Notes under the pieces: model-generated
Told to the model about the DNA's origin: nothing
Seen by the model: the letters and a program-made list of their open reading frames with translations, nothing else
The model's database searches: none
Assembly (NCBI GenBank): GCA_030692145.1
Contig: JAUYCU010000018.1
Coordinates: 1 to 36,280 of the forward strand
Reading direction: 5' to 3'
Source: a bacterium
GTDB lineage: Bacteria > Patescibacteriota > Minisyncoccia > RBG-13-40-8-A
DNA: 36,280 nucleotides
Shown here: positions 17,236-26,011 of the stretch, one piece after another
Numbering within the stretch: position 1 is the stretch's first letter
Layout of the letters: every line of letters starts with the position of its first letter
Translations under genes and position numbers: made by a program

Positions 17236-18807
17236 ATGAAACCGATAGTTTTAACCATTATTGACGGCATGGGGATTGGCTCCTATAGCCAAATAAATCC
17301 TCTTCGAGTGGCAAATATTCCCAATTTCAAAAATATAGAAAAAAACTATCCCGGTTGTTCGCTTCAGGCATCGGGAATGGCAATCGGCATGCCCTGGAAC
17401 GAAGCGGGAAATTCCGAAGTCGGACACATGGTTATCGGCTCCGGCCGCATTATCTATCAATATTTACCGAGAATTTCCATGGAAATCAAAAACGGATTAT
17501 TTTTCAAAAACCCCGCATTTTTGAATGTAATAAATCACGTCAAAAAAAACAAGTCCGTACTTCATTTGGTTGGTTTGGCGTCGAGTGGAAATGTCCATTC
17601 TTATCTCGAACATATTTACGCCCTTTTGGAACTTAGCCGACAAAAAGAAATCGAAAAATTAAGACTACATCTTTTTACCGACGGAAAAGATGCTCCACTA
17701 AAGGAAGGCGTAAAAATAATCGGCGCAATAGAAGAAAAACTGTCTTCAAGTTCGAACCGGAAAATAGCAAGCATTGTCGGCAGATTTTTCGCCATGGACA
17801 GAAATCAAAATTGGGACCGAACCGAAAAAACCTATAATTTACTTACTCAAGGAGTCGGGGAAAAAGTTAAAAATCCCATCGAAAGAATAGAAGAATTTTA
17901 CCATCAGGACGTAAACGATACCTATGTCGAACCATTGACGATTGTCGATGACCGTCAGGAGCCCATCGGCACCATTAAAGACAATGATGCAATAATCTTT
18001 TTCGATTTCAGGGCAGACAGTATGCGCCAACTAACCATGTCGTTTATCGCGGAAAAATTCGGAAAATTTACGCGTCGAGACATAAAAAATATTTACGTCT
18101 GCACAATGACGCAATACGACAAAAGATTCGAAATTGATGTCGCCTACCCGCCAATCGAAATAAAAAACAATTTGGTCGAAACGCTGAGTAAAAGAAGAAA
18201 AAGGGTCCTCAAAATAGCGGAAACCGAAAAATACGCGCATGTTACCTATTTTTTTAACAGCAACAGAGAGGAACTTTTCCCCTACGAAGACAGAATATTG
18301 ATTCAATCAAAAATTATTTCCCACTACGACGAAAATCCGGAAATGCAGTCCGAAAAAGTTACCGATGCCGTAATTAAAGGAATAAGAGACAAATACGATT
18401 TAATCGTCGTCAATTACGCAAGTACCGACATGGTTGCGCATACGGGAAATATCGAAGCGGGAATCAAATCCTTGGAAGCGGTGGATAAAAATATCAAAAG
18501 ATTGGTCGGAATGGCGGAATACGGGGAATGTATACTGATTATCACATCCGACCATGGGCATATCGAACAAATGATTAGCCCTCAAACAGGAGAGACAATG
18601 ACTGAACACAGCGTTAATCCCGTTCCGTTCTTTATTATCGGAGAAGAACTCAAGGTCAAAAATTCCAGAACCGAAGAAGATACGGAAAAAATGTATCAAC
18701 CGCCAAAAGGAATTATTTGCGATATTGCACCAACAATTCTCGAACTGATGGATGTCCCCAAACCTCCGGAAATGACCGGGCAAAGCCTATTGAGAATATT
18801 GAAGTAA
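17236..18807 (+). CDS. gpmI: 2,3-bisphosphoglycerate-independent phosphoglycerate mutase
   Basis: 523 aa. LTIIDGMGIG, the catalytic-Ser region GNSEVGHMVIGSGR, and C-terminal metal ligands TSDHGH. Confidence 0.92.
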   Translation: MKPIVLTIIDGMGIGSYSQINPLRVANIPNFKNIEKNYPGCSLQASGMAIGMPWNEAGNSEVGHMVIGSGRIIYQYLPRISMEIKNGLFFKNPAFLNVINHVKKNKSVLHLVGLASSGNVHSYLEHIYALLELSRQKEIEKLRLHLFTDGKDAPLKEGVKIIGAIEEKLSSSSNRKIASIVGRFFAMDRNQNWDRTEKTYNLLTQGVGEKVKNPIERIEEFYHQDVNDTYVEPLTIVDDRQEPIGTIKDNDAIIFFDFRADSMRQLTMSFIAEKFGKFTRRDIKNIYVCTMTQYDKRFEIDVAYPPIEIKNNLVETLSKRRKRVLKIAETEKYAHVTYFFNSNREELFPYEDRILIQSKIISHYDENPEMQSEKVTDAVIKGIRDKYDLIVVNYASTDMVAHTGNIEAGIKSLEAVDKNIKRLVGMAEYGECILIITSDHGHIEQMISPQTGETMTEHSVNPVPFFIIGEELKVKNSRTEEDTEKMYQPPKGIICDIAPTILELMDVPKPPEMTGQSLLRILK

Positions 18808-18810
18808 ATA

Positions 18811-18845
18811 AAAAACGCTCCGCAATCGCGGGGCGATTTTTTTAT
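18811..18845. terminator. Bidirectional intrinsic terminator between gpmI and clpP
   Basis: AAAAAA-CGCTCCGC-AATC-GCGGGGCG-ATTTTTTT. An 8-bp stem with one G-U pair. Confidence 0.7.
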
Positions 18846-18857
18846 TTTTACGAATAC

Positions 18858-19439
18858 TTATCTTTTATCCAAAATCTTATCGATCAAACCATAATCTTTC
18901 GCCTCTTCCGAAGACATATAATAATCTCTGTCGCTGTCTTTTTCGATTTTAGTCACGTTCTGGCCGGTATTTTTGGCCAGAATTTTATTCAATCTCTGTT
19001 TGATTTTCAAAATATGCTTGGCAGAAATTTCGATATCCGATGCCTGACCTCCTGCTTCACCCATTACCTGATGAATCATCACCTCGGAATTGGGAAGGGC
19101 AAATCTTTTTCCTTTTGCTCCGGCCGCCAAAATTACCGCGGCTCCCGATGCGGCCATTCCCACACACCAAGTGGAAATATCCGATTTTACGAACTGCATC
19201 GTATCGTAAATCGCCATTGTGCTTGTAACGCCTCCACCCGGACTGTTGATATAAATCGTGATATCTTTTTTAGGATCGCTGTTTTCCAAAAACAAAAGCT
19301 GGGCAATGACGCTGTTAGCCACGTTATCGTCAATCACTCCGCCCAAAAAAATAATCCTTTCTTTAAGTAAGCGGGAATAAATATCGTAAGCCCGCTCGCC
19401 GTACTGCGATTTTTCGATTACTGTTGGTATTAAATTCAT
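18858..19439 (-). CDS. clpP: ATP-dependent Clp protease proteolytic subunit
   Basis: 193 aa. [17 protein letters not shown], active-site Ser context [16 protein letters not shown], and His in MIHQ. Confidence 0.95.
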   Translation of the reverse strand: MNLIPTVIEKSQYGERAYDIYSRLLKERIIFLGGVIDDNVANSVIAQLLFLENSDPKKDITIYINSPGGGVTSTMAIYDTMQFVKSDISTWCVGMAASGAAVILAAGAKGKRFALPNSEVMIHQVMGEAGGQASDIEISAKHILKIKQRLNKILAKNTGQNVTKIEKDSDRDYYMSSEEAKDYGLIDKILDKR

Positions 19440-20416
19440 ATTATTTTTGCTTCTTTTTCCAATAACCCCAACACTTTTTCGTTCCTAAGCACTTCTTTAG
19501 TATAATCTTTAAATCTTTCCGGGTCAATGTTTTTTCTCGCTTCTTCAATGTCGGGATAATTTTTAAGCTCTTCTTTAATTTTATTTTCCGCTTCTTCGTC
19601 ACTGACCTCTATTTTTTCTTTTTCCGCAATCGCTTTCAAACATATTGCCACGCGCACTCTTTTTTCGGCTTGTTTTTTCCATTCCTTCTTCAGCTCGTCA
19701 ACGGTTTTATTGATTTCCTGTAAGTATTTTTCGAAATCCAGCCCGAACCCAGTGATGCTAAACTTAAATTCATTTATCATTCTTTCCAATTCTTCCTCAA
19801 TTAAATTGTCCGGGACTTCGATTTTCGAATCTTTGGCTACTTTTTCAATCAGTTCTATTCTGATTCTTTGTTTCTCTTTTGTTTCTTTTTCTTCCAATAG
19901 TCCATCGGATGTATTTTTTCTCAAAGCTTCAAGCGATTCGAACCTTCCCAATGATTTGGCAAATTCATCGTTCAATTCCGGAATTTGTCTTTCCTGAACC
20001 AGATTCATCCTCACTCTAAAGTCAAGATTTTTATCCGCTATTCTTTTGTCCGGCCAATCTGTCGGAACTTTTATGGAAAAATCTTTTTCCTCGCCTGCCG
20101 ACATTTCTTCCAATTCTTTTTCGAACCCCGGTAAAAATCTTCCCTCTCCCAAAATTAACGGATGATTCTTGCTGGTTCCGTTTTCTATTTTTACCCCTCC
20201 GTGACGAACCTCGAAATCGACTTCCACGCGATTTCCTTTCTCTGCCGGTTTATTTACGGTAATGGTTTTCGCTCGGGATTTTTTCAAATAGTCCAACGAG
20301 TTTTCCACTTCTTTTTTTTCTATCTTCGCTTCGTTCTTTTTTACTTTTATACCTTTGTATCCCGCCAATTCAACCGGAATTTCCGATATGATATTTTGTT
20401 TTTGGTTATTTTCCAT
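19436..20416 (-). CDS. tig: Trigger factor, apparently lacking the N-terminal ribosome-binding domain
   Basis: 326 aa. FKBP-type PPIase segment ([10 protein letters not shown]...[19 protein letters not shown]) and a C-terminal arm domain. I find no GFRxGxxP-type N-domain. Confidence 0.75.
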   Translation of the reverse strand: MENNQKQNIISEIPVELAGYKGIKVKKNEAKIEKKEVENSLDYLKKSRAKTITVNKPAEKGNRVEVDFEVRHGGVKIENGTSKNHPLILGEGRFLPGFEKELEEMSAGEEKDFSIKVPTDWPDKRIADKNLDFRVRMNLVQERQIPELNDEFAKSLGRFESLEALRKNTSDGLLEEKETKEKQRIRIELIEKVAKDSKIEVPDNLIEEELERMINEFKFSITGFGLDFEKYLQEINKTVDELKKEWKKQAEKRVRVAICLKAIAEKEKIEVSDEEAENKIKEELKNYPDIEEARKNIDPERFKDYTKEVLRNEKVLGLLEKEAKII

Positions 20417-20831
20417 TAATTTCCAGTTTTTCCAATAATTTTTTGGTTTTTGGCCAGGTCAATTTCTTGATTGCCGTTTCTCTGTCCACCCATTCGTATT
20501 TATCGTGCTCGACGATTTCTTGTTTTAATGATATTTTTTGACTCATATCGGCCCGAACCAAAAACGTATCTACGATAGAATAATTGATACCCCTAAAAGT
20601 CCATTTTTCTTCTTTGTCTAAGCTTTTAATAATTTCGAAATTTTTTAATTTCGTTTCTTCTTTAATCCCTCTTTTTAATGCTTCAAACGACGTTTCTTTT
20701 TTTTCGAGTGTTTCTTTAAGCATTTCCCATCCCTTCCAGCGTAATATTCTGCGCAGGATTAAAAAATAGAATTCTCCGTTTTTAATATCGTAGATAATCG
20801 CTCTAACTTTTTTTATCGTCCTCTTTTTCAT
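20406..20831 (-). CDS. Nudix-fold protein with a degenerate Nudix box
   Basis: I start it at MKKRTIKKVRAIIYD (ATG at 20831). ETSFEALKRGIKEETKL approximates E-x7-R-E-U-x-E-E-x-G-U, with G replacing the second E. The 60 Lys/Arg-rich codons upstream in the ORF track are a frame shadow of the nusA tail. Confidence 0.55.
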   Translation of the reverse strand: MKKRTIKKVRAIIYDIKNGEFYFLILRRILRWKGWEMLKETLEKKETSFEALKRGIKEETKLKNFEIIKSLDKEEKWTFRGINYSIVDTFLVRADMSQKISLKQEIVEHDKYEWVDRETAIKKLTWPKTKKLLEKLEINGK

Positions 20832-22128
20832 CTGATTTTTTCCCGCCTTCGGGCGGGATCCCGCTAGCGGGCGGGACTTCTTTTTTTTTCGTTTTAGTCT
20901 TTTTTGCTTTTTTTTCCTTTTTTTCTTCCTTCTCTCCTGTAACCTCTTTTTCTTCTTTTTCTTTTTTTTCTTCCTTCTTGGCTTTCTTTTCGTTTTTTCT
21001 CTCTTCTTCAATCATTTTATCGCTCTTAATGTCGATTTTCCAACCGGTTAATTTTGCCGCCAATCTTACATTCTGACCTCTTTGCCCGATTGCCAAAGAC
21101 AACTGGTCTTCGGGAACAATCGCTGCGGCATTTCTTTTATTTTCATCGATTTCAACATCCAGTACCTTAGCCGGGGACAAAGCATTAGCAATATATTTAC
21201 TCATATTTTCATTCCATTGAATAATATCTATTTTTTCTCCCCCCAGTTCATTAATTACCGTTTGAACCCTGCTGCCTTTTTGTCCGACGCAAGAACCAAC
21301 CGGATCAACTCCTTCTTCTTCGGTATAAACCGCTATTTTTGTTCTTGAGCCCGGTTCTCTGGCAATCGATTTTATCTGTACAACTCCGGTGGAAATTTCC
21401 GGCACCTCAATCGCAAAAAGACGACTCACCAATTTCGGGTATGCCCGAGAAAGAACAATATTTGCTCCTTTCGGAGTTTTTTCTACTTTCAGGATATAAA
21501 CCCTCAGCCTTTGACCGAAGAAAAATCTTTCTCCGGGAATTTGTTCTTCGGGAAAAAGAATTCCGCTCACCTTTCCGATATCCATAAAAATATTTTTCCC
21601 CTCTATTCTTTGCACGATTGCACTGACAACCTCTCCTTCTTTGCCGCTATATTCATTGAAAATCACATCTCGCTCAGCTTCACGCAAACGCTGAACAATC
21701 ACTTGTTTTGCGGTTTGGGCCGCGATTCTTCCGTAATCGGTGTGTGTTTCGAGCTTAACCTGTACTTCTTCTTCCGGCTTGACTCCTTTTTTGATTTTCT
21801 GTGCCTCCTCAACCATCATGTGTTTATAGGGATTAAATCTTATTTTTTTGTCTTCATCCGGTTCTTCGTTTTCTTCAATTGTTTCTTCACCTATTATTTC
21901 TTCTTCTGGTCTTAGCATGTCCTTATTAACAACCAAAAAAACCTGGTAAACTTCGATTTGTCCGGTTTTCGGATCAAAGTGAACTTTAATGTTTTGACCC
22001 CTTTTACCGTAATCTTTTTTGTAAGCGGCAGCAATCGCCATTTCCAGTGTTTCGATAATCTGTTCTTGTGAAATTCCTTTTTCTTCGGCAATTTGATTCA
22101 TTGCCAGTAAAAATTGTTTTTGATCCAT
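20803..22128 (-). CDS. nusA: Transcription termination/antitermination factor NusA with a Lys/Glu-rich C-terminal tail
   Basis: 441 aa with NusA N-domain, S1 and two KH domains (GQRGQNVRLAAKLTGWKIDIKS), followed by about 70 aa of low-complexity K/E sequence. Confidence 0.92.
   Translation of the reverse strand: MDQKQFLLAMNQIAEEKGISQEQIIETLEMAIAAAYKKDYGKRGQNIKVHFDPKTGQIEVYQVFLVVNKDMLRPEEEIIGEETIEENEEPDEDKKIRFNPYKHMMVEEAQKIKKGVKPEEEVQVKLETHTDYGRIAAQTAKQVIVQRLREAERDVIFNEYSGKEGEVVSAIVQRIEGKNIFMDIGKVSGILFPEEQIPGERFFFGQRLRVYILKVEKTPKGANIVLSRAYPKLVSRLFAIEVPEISTGVVQIKSIAREPGSRTKIAVYTEEEGVDPVGSCVGQKGSRVQTVINELGGEKIDIIQWNENMSKYIANALSPAKVLDVEIDENKRNAAAIVPEDQLSLAIGQRGQNVRLAAKLTGWKIDIKSDKMIEEERKNEKKAKKEEKKEKEEKEVTGEKEEKKEKKAKKTKTKKKEVPPASGIPPEGGKKSDEKEDDKKS
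20842..20875. repeat. GC-rich double palindrome inside the nusA tail and Nudix-gene start region
   Basis: cccgcc-ttcg-ggcggg-atc-ccgc-tag-cggg-cggg sits in otherwise purine-rich low-complexity DNA. It encodes VPPASGIPPEGG in nusA. The architecture resembles 30082-30108. Confidence 0.55.
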
Positions 22129-22265
22129 ATTATTTTAATAAGAGGCCCGCACAGAGCGGACCATTAATCATTAAATTTAATCGTATTATTTTAAAATTCA
22201 CTTGTCAAATTTTAATTGAACTTAGCTCTTATTTAGAGATTAGAAATTAGGATTTAGAGATTAGC

Positions 22266-25058
22266 TTACCACGGCCTAATTTCTTTCCATTTACTCGGCA
22301 GCGGCAAACTGACAATCACTTGCCTGGTAATTGAACATTGCGAACCGAATGAATCGGTGACTTGTAGGATGACGTCTTTGGTGCCGCTTGTCGTAAATTG
22401 AGTAATTAAATTTTGTTGTGTTGATGTTGCCGGGTTTCCATCGGTGAATGTCCAATTCCAGTTGGTGCAGGGGGTTGAATTTCCGCTAATATCATAGCAG
22501 TTTGATGAATCCGTGAAGATGGTGCTTTCTCCGGGGTTGGGACTTATTGGTGACCAGGTAAAGTTACAGGCAGGTGAACGGTGGGTGGGAGCATTGAAGG
22601 CAGTGCCGTTTACCCAACCGGAATCAAGGCCATTAATATCATACACTCTTACTCTCCAATTATATATTCGGTTATACGAAAGATAATCGGCTTGAGGGTT
22701 GAGCAATACTATTGCTGCCTGATTGTTGGTTGTGGGACTGGGATTAGACAGGCCGGAATATGTTCTGTTTATTTCAGGTGATGGGAATGTGGCTCCGCTG
22801 TCATCAACCTGAATATTGAATTCCCTTTCCGTATCTCCGTCTGTATCCGAATATATCCAGGAGAAGAAATATGCCGGGGAAGTGGAGCAGAAGTCAGGAA
22901 TGCTTATATTTAAATTAGTTACTGTAGGTTTAAAATTAAAAGGAACAACAACCATTCCATCGGTGGAATAATCAGACCAATTTCCCGCATTGTCTTTTGC
23001 TCTGTATCGAAATTGATATTCGTAACCTCTTACGCCAAGATATATAAAATCATCAATTGTCGAACCGTTGTTGGGTAAATCCGTATCAACCCAAGCTCCC
23101 CAGGTTGGACTATCAATTAATCTCCAGCCAACATCAACATCTCCTTCGGCAATGCCGCTCCGATCATCGTCCTCGCTAAGACCCACTGTAATATTTGTAT
23201 CGCCGGAATTTCCGTTCTCTTGATCGATTACCACTATGGGCAAAACCGTGTCCTTGGTGAATGACCAGTATTCGGACCATGAGCTGGTTGCTCCAGGGCT
23301 ATCTTCGGCATAGGCGCGCCAGATATATGTGTCGTCAAGAATTCCTGCTATTGGTCCCCAGGAACTGGTTCCGGAAGTAGTGACATAGCCTCCGTTTCCG
23401 GTTCCGAATCCGGTAACTTCGAAGTTTGCCCTGATTGTTTGTCCGATATCGCTATCGGTGACGGTGGCCGAGAACGTAGGATCGGGAGCTGCTGCATTAA
23501 CATACGAACCATTGGCAGGACTAATCAAAGTAGGAACATCAGGAGCATGATTGACGTTTGCCGTCACTGTATCTGAATATTCACTGACAGTGAAATTTAT
23601 TAACGGACCCTGCTCGTAGGCCGTTGTTTTGAATCTCGTATCATATACCCTGTATCTTAATTCTAAGGTGTAGCTTCCCACGGCAAGATTAGGTGTAAAA
23701 AAATCAATTTGATAAATATTCACGCAAACACCCTCAACACAACCATCGGCACAGAAACCGGAAGTTTGTGTCCATTGGCTCCCCTGTGTCAGATTGGTCC
23801 AAACTCCTCCGTTAATACGATATGATATACCGTCACCAACTGTATTATAGATTCTGAAAGCGTAGTTTTGTTCGAGAAGACTACATTCTCCTATTTCCGT
23901 TTCATAAGTACCTGTGTAATAATAAGCAGTACTACATTTGAGTGTAAAATTTGTACTTCCGGTAAGAGCTGCTATGTTCCTATTCCCAGAAAGAGGTACC
24001 GAATCAGCATCAATCCATGAACCATTATCTGGATCTGCGTAAGAAGAGCAAGAATCAACGCCGCTTGTAAACCATTGCAATTCTACGTCAGTTCCGGGAT
24101 TAATCGTAATCGGCCCGTTGGAAAATGGATTAGTGGTACCTCCTTGCCGAATCAAAATATCAACCGGATTATTGGAAATCTGCAAAGTAAAAGTTGTTGC
24201 GCGCGTGGTTAAACCTGTTGTTCCGGAAACAGTAATCGTGTACGTACCATCTGACGAACCATTGGGATTAATCGTCATTGTCGTAGTGCAGGTGCTAATA
24301 CTTGGCGTACATGATGATGGAGAAAAAGTAGCTGTTGGGCCAGAGGGTGATGATACTGCGGAAAAACTCACTGCCGATGCCGTGCCTACGGTTTTCGTAA
24401 CCGTGATTGTCGAATTTATTGAAGCACCCATGCGCGATATTCCGGAATTCGGACTTGGAGAAAGCGTAAAATCAAACCCAGCAGAAGGAATACTGTATTC
24501 AAACCCCTCGTAACCATTCTGATCAATATCAAAATATTGCCTTAAATAAAGTACATGCGTACCAGGATTTAACTGCGTTCCCGTAAGCGGAATCCGGGTA
24601 AGCCCAGTATCGAACATATAAGCAGCAGGCGTAATCCTTGTGCTTTCGACCGAGCATATTGGTGAAGCCGGACTTGCAGGTGACAATTGAAACCACTGAC
24701 CTGGTGGAATAAATGTGTTCCCATATTCCAAATTAATCCATCCCGTATAGCTGGTATTATCGATTTGGTATTGAAGATACCCAAGCGGGTCTGCAACCCC
24801 CCATATGCCATTGGGAATTTCTACGGTTCCGCAATGCTGCGTACATGTTCCATTTTCTAGTGTTCCTGCAATAATAAGTTCGTTCCCGGAAACAGAGATT
24901 GAAAGCATATCAACATCGAACAACATCCAATCAGGGCCGCAAAGTATAGCTTGAGCAGTTTTTGGTAAAATAAAAAACAACGCGCCAAAAACAAAACAAA
25001 GCAAAATTAATTTACGCATGTTCCAATAATTATCCTTTTTGAAATAAGGGTTGAACAT
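22266..25058 (-). CDS. Large secreted surface protein with Ig/FN3-like repeats and a C-terminal PKD domain
   Basis: 930 aa. Signal peptide MRKLILLCFVFGALFFILPKTAQA (alternative start at 25019). C-terminal PKD-like segment: CNFTWSPISPNPGESTIFTDSS...WNWTFTDGNPATS...GTKDVILQVTDSFGSQCSITRQVIV. Confidence 0.75.
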   Translation of the reverse strand: MFNPYFKKDNYWNMRKLILLCFVFGALFFILPKTAQAILCGPDWMLFDVDMLSISVSGNELIIAGTLENGTCTQHCGTVEIPNGIWGVADPLGYLQYQIDNTSYTGWINLEYGNTFIPPGQWFQLSPASPASPICSVESTRITPAAYMFDTGLTRIPLTGTQLNPGTHVLYLRQYFDIDQNGYEGFEYSIPSAGFDFTLSPSPNSGISRMGASINSTITVTKTVGTASAVSFSAVSSPSGPTATFSPSSCTPSISTCTTTMTINPNGSSDGTYTITVSGTTGLTTRATTFTLQISNNPVDILIRQGGTTNPFSNGPITINPGTDVELQWFTSGVDSCSSYADPDNGSWIDADSVPLSGNRNIAALTGSTNFTLKCSTAYYYTGTYETEIGECSLLEQNYAFRIYNTVGDGISYRINGGVWTNLTQGSQWTQTSGFCADGCVEGVCVNIYQIDFFTPNLAVGSYTLELRYRVYDTRFKTTAYEQGPLINFTVSEYSDTVTANVNHAPDVPTLISPANGSYVNAAAPDPTFSATVTDSDIGQTIRANFEVTGFGTGNGGYVTTSGTSSWGPIAGILDDTYIWRAYAEDSPGATSSWSEYWSFTKDTVLPIVVIDQENGNSGDTNITVGLSEDDDRSGIAEGDVDVGWRLIDSPTWGAWVDTDLPNNGSTIDDFIYLGVRGYEYQFRYRAKDNAGNWSDYSTDGMVVVPFNFKPTVTNLNISIPDFCSTSPAYFFSWIYSDTDGDTEREFNIQVDDSGATFPSPEINRTYSGLSNPSPTTNNQAAIVLLNPQADYLSYNRIYNWRVRVYDINGLDSGWVNGTAFNAPTHRSPACNFTWSPISPNPGESTIFTDSSNCYDISGNSTPCTNWNWTFTDGNPATSTQQNLITQFTTSGTKDVILQVTDSFGSQCSITRQVIVSLPLPSKWKEIRPW

Positions 25059-25101
25059 ATGTTTGTGTTTTATTTCTTTATCAACGTTGTCTATATTTTA
25101 A

Positions 25102-25110
25102 TTATAACAA
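25102..25110 (-). promoter_or_regulatory. Extended -10 (TGTTATAAT) upstream of the 930-aa gene
   Basis: Reverse strand reads TTTTGTTATAAT, about 44 nt upstream of the ATG at 25058. Confidence 0.35.
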
Positions 25111-25121
25111 AATTTCAGAAT

Positions 25122-25155
25122 AAAAAAAGAGGAGTCTCTGTTGAGAGCTCCTCTG
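25122..25155 (-). terminator. Intrinsic terminator after the lipoprotein gene
   Basis: Reverse strand AGAGGAGCTCTC-AACA-GAGACTCCTCT followed by TTTTTTTAT. An 11-bp stem with one bulge. Confidence 0.6.
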
Positions 25156-25161
25156 TGTCCG

Positions 25162-25698
25162 TTATCGATTGGAACTTTGTGCATTGGAAATGATTGTTCC
25201 TTCTGCGGTTAGCTGGAGAAAAGCTGCTTTTGCCTTTGGTCCGGGATTAGGATTGGTTGGTAGATTATATGGCCGGATATCTTTAAGCTCTGCTGTGAAC
25301 CCTGTTTCTTTTACGGTGACAATAAAAATGTCACCCACCATGCTCGAGCTTACATCCGAGCCGTCATATCTGCCCCCATCATAACATTGAAAATAATAAT
25401 CGGCACGAACCTTAACACCGGCAAGCTCACCATTAAAATGAAATGGTGGATCGTCAATTTTATTCAAGGGAATGCTCGAACGACTTCCCGACAAATCAAA
25501 CAAGGAAAGGAAGGGTGTCAATGTGCTTGTCTCCGGATTGAGAAACGTTCTGATGTACTGAACTTGCAAGGTGTAAGTTTTTTCCGGCGGCGGTGGTGGT
25601 GGCGGTGGATCGGGACCGGTAATGGTACCGCAGACGGAAACCAACAAAGAAACGACCAAAAGCGCGAAAACAATCAAAACGGTCTTTAAGCTTTTCAT
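25162..25698 (-). CDS. Putative lipoprotein with a poly-proline linker
   Basis: 178 aa. Signal peptide ends in LLVSVC (lipobox-like), followed by GPDPPPPPPPPEK. Strong RBS: AAGGAGG, 5-nt spacer, ATG. Confidence 0.65.
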   Translation of the reverse strand: MKSLKTVLIVFALLVVSLLVSVCGTITGPDPPPPPPPPEKTYTLQVQYIRTFLNPETSTLTPFLSLFDLSGSRSSIPLNKIDDPPFHFNGELAGVKVRADYYFQCYDGGRYDGSDVSSSMVGDIFIVTVKETGFTAELKDIRPYNLPTNPNPGPKAKAAFLQLTAEGTIISNAQSSNR

Positions 25699-25707
25699 TC
25701 TATCCTC

Positions 25708-25783
25708 CTTCGTCCGCCGTAGCTTTCTTGTCCGCCGAAGCCTCGGCGAAGGTGGAATGCGTAGGCGGGCTTAGCCTTCGGAT
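25708..25783. repeat. Cluster of GC-rich palindromic elements in the lipoprotein 5' leader
   Basis: cttcgtccgccgtagc, then cttgtccgccgaagcctcggcgaaggtgg, then gcgtaggcgggcttagccttcgg. Same family as 5966-5996 and 26249-26295. Confidence 0.6.
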
Positions 25784-25945
25784 TTTACAGGATAAACCTG
25801 CGTATATTGATAAGCGCAAAGCGCAATAAAAAGAACTGAATCTAATCGAATCTATATTTAAAGTGCCATAAAGAACAACTTATTTCTATCAATTTCGTTC
25901 CGACCTTGCGTCGGAATTAATTTCCATCTATTTCTATATATCTTT

Positions 25946-25974
25946 GTTATACTCTTATTTCTATAATTTGTCAA
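25946..25974 (-). promoter_or_regulatory. Sigma70-type promoter (TTGACA, 17-nt spacer, TATAAC) about 250 nt upstream of the lipoprotein ATG
   Basis: Reverse strand TTGACA (25974-25969), 17-nt spacer, TATAAC (25951-25946). This implies a long structured leader. Confidence 0.45.
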
Positions 25975-26011
25975 ATTTTTCAGCGCTACCTATGTATCTC
26001 GACTTATTCAA

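Noticed and set aside
18717-19370. 217-aa plus-strand ORF opposite clpP
   Set aside because: ClpP on the minus strand is unambiguous, with its catalytic triad context present. The plus ORF has no recognisable features.
20832-21011. Poly-Lys/Arg N-terminal extension of the Nudix-like ORF (MKKREKTKRKPRRKKKKKKKKK...)
   Set aside because: It is the purine-rich nusA tail read in another frame. The Nudix fold begins at the internal Met (20831).
22232-22264. 12-nt direct repeat TTTAGAGATTAG x2 just after the 930-aa gene stop. Similar ATTAGA/GATATT repeats occur at 15534-15556, and GGATTCAGAAATT-like strings at 15299 and 13474.
   Set aside because: Only two short AT-rich copies occur per site, with no spacer regularity. 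This is not a CRISPR array, and they are too short to separate from chance or ordinary terminator-proximal low complexity.
24118-24811. ORFs 24118-24513 (plus) and 24569-24811 (minus, other frame) inside the 930-aa gene
   Set aside because: They are embedded in a longer ORF that has a signal peptide and PKD domain. The relatively GC-rich sequence keeps other frames open.
22266-25058. Possible diversity-generating retroelement target (large surface protein in a CPR-like genome)
   Set aside because: There is no reverse transcriptase gene in the window, and I could find no template/variable repeat pair.
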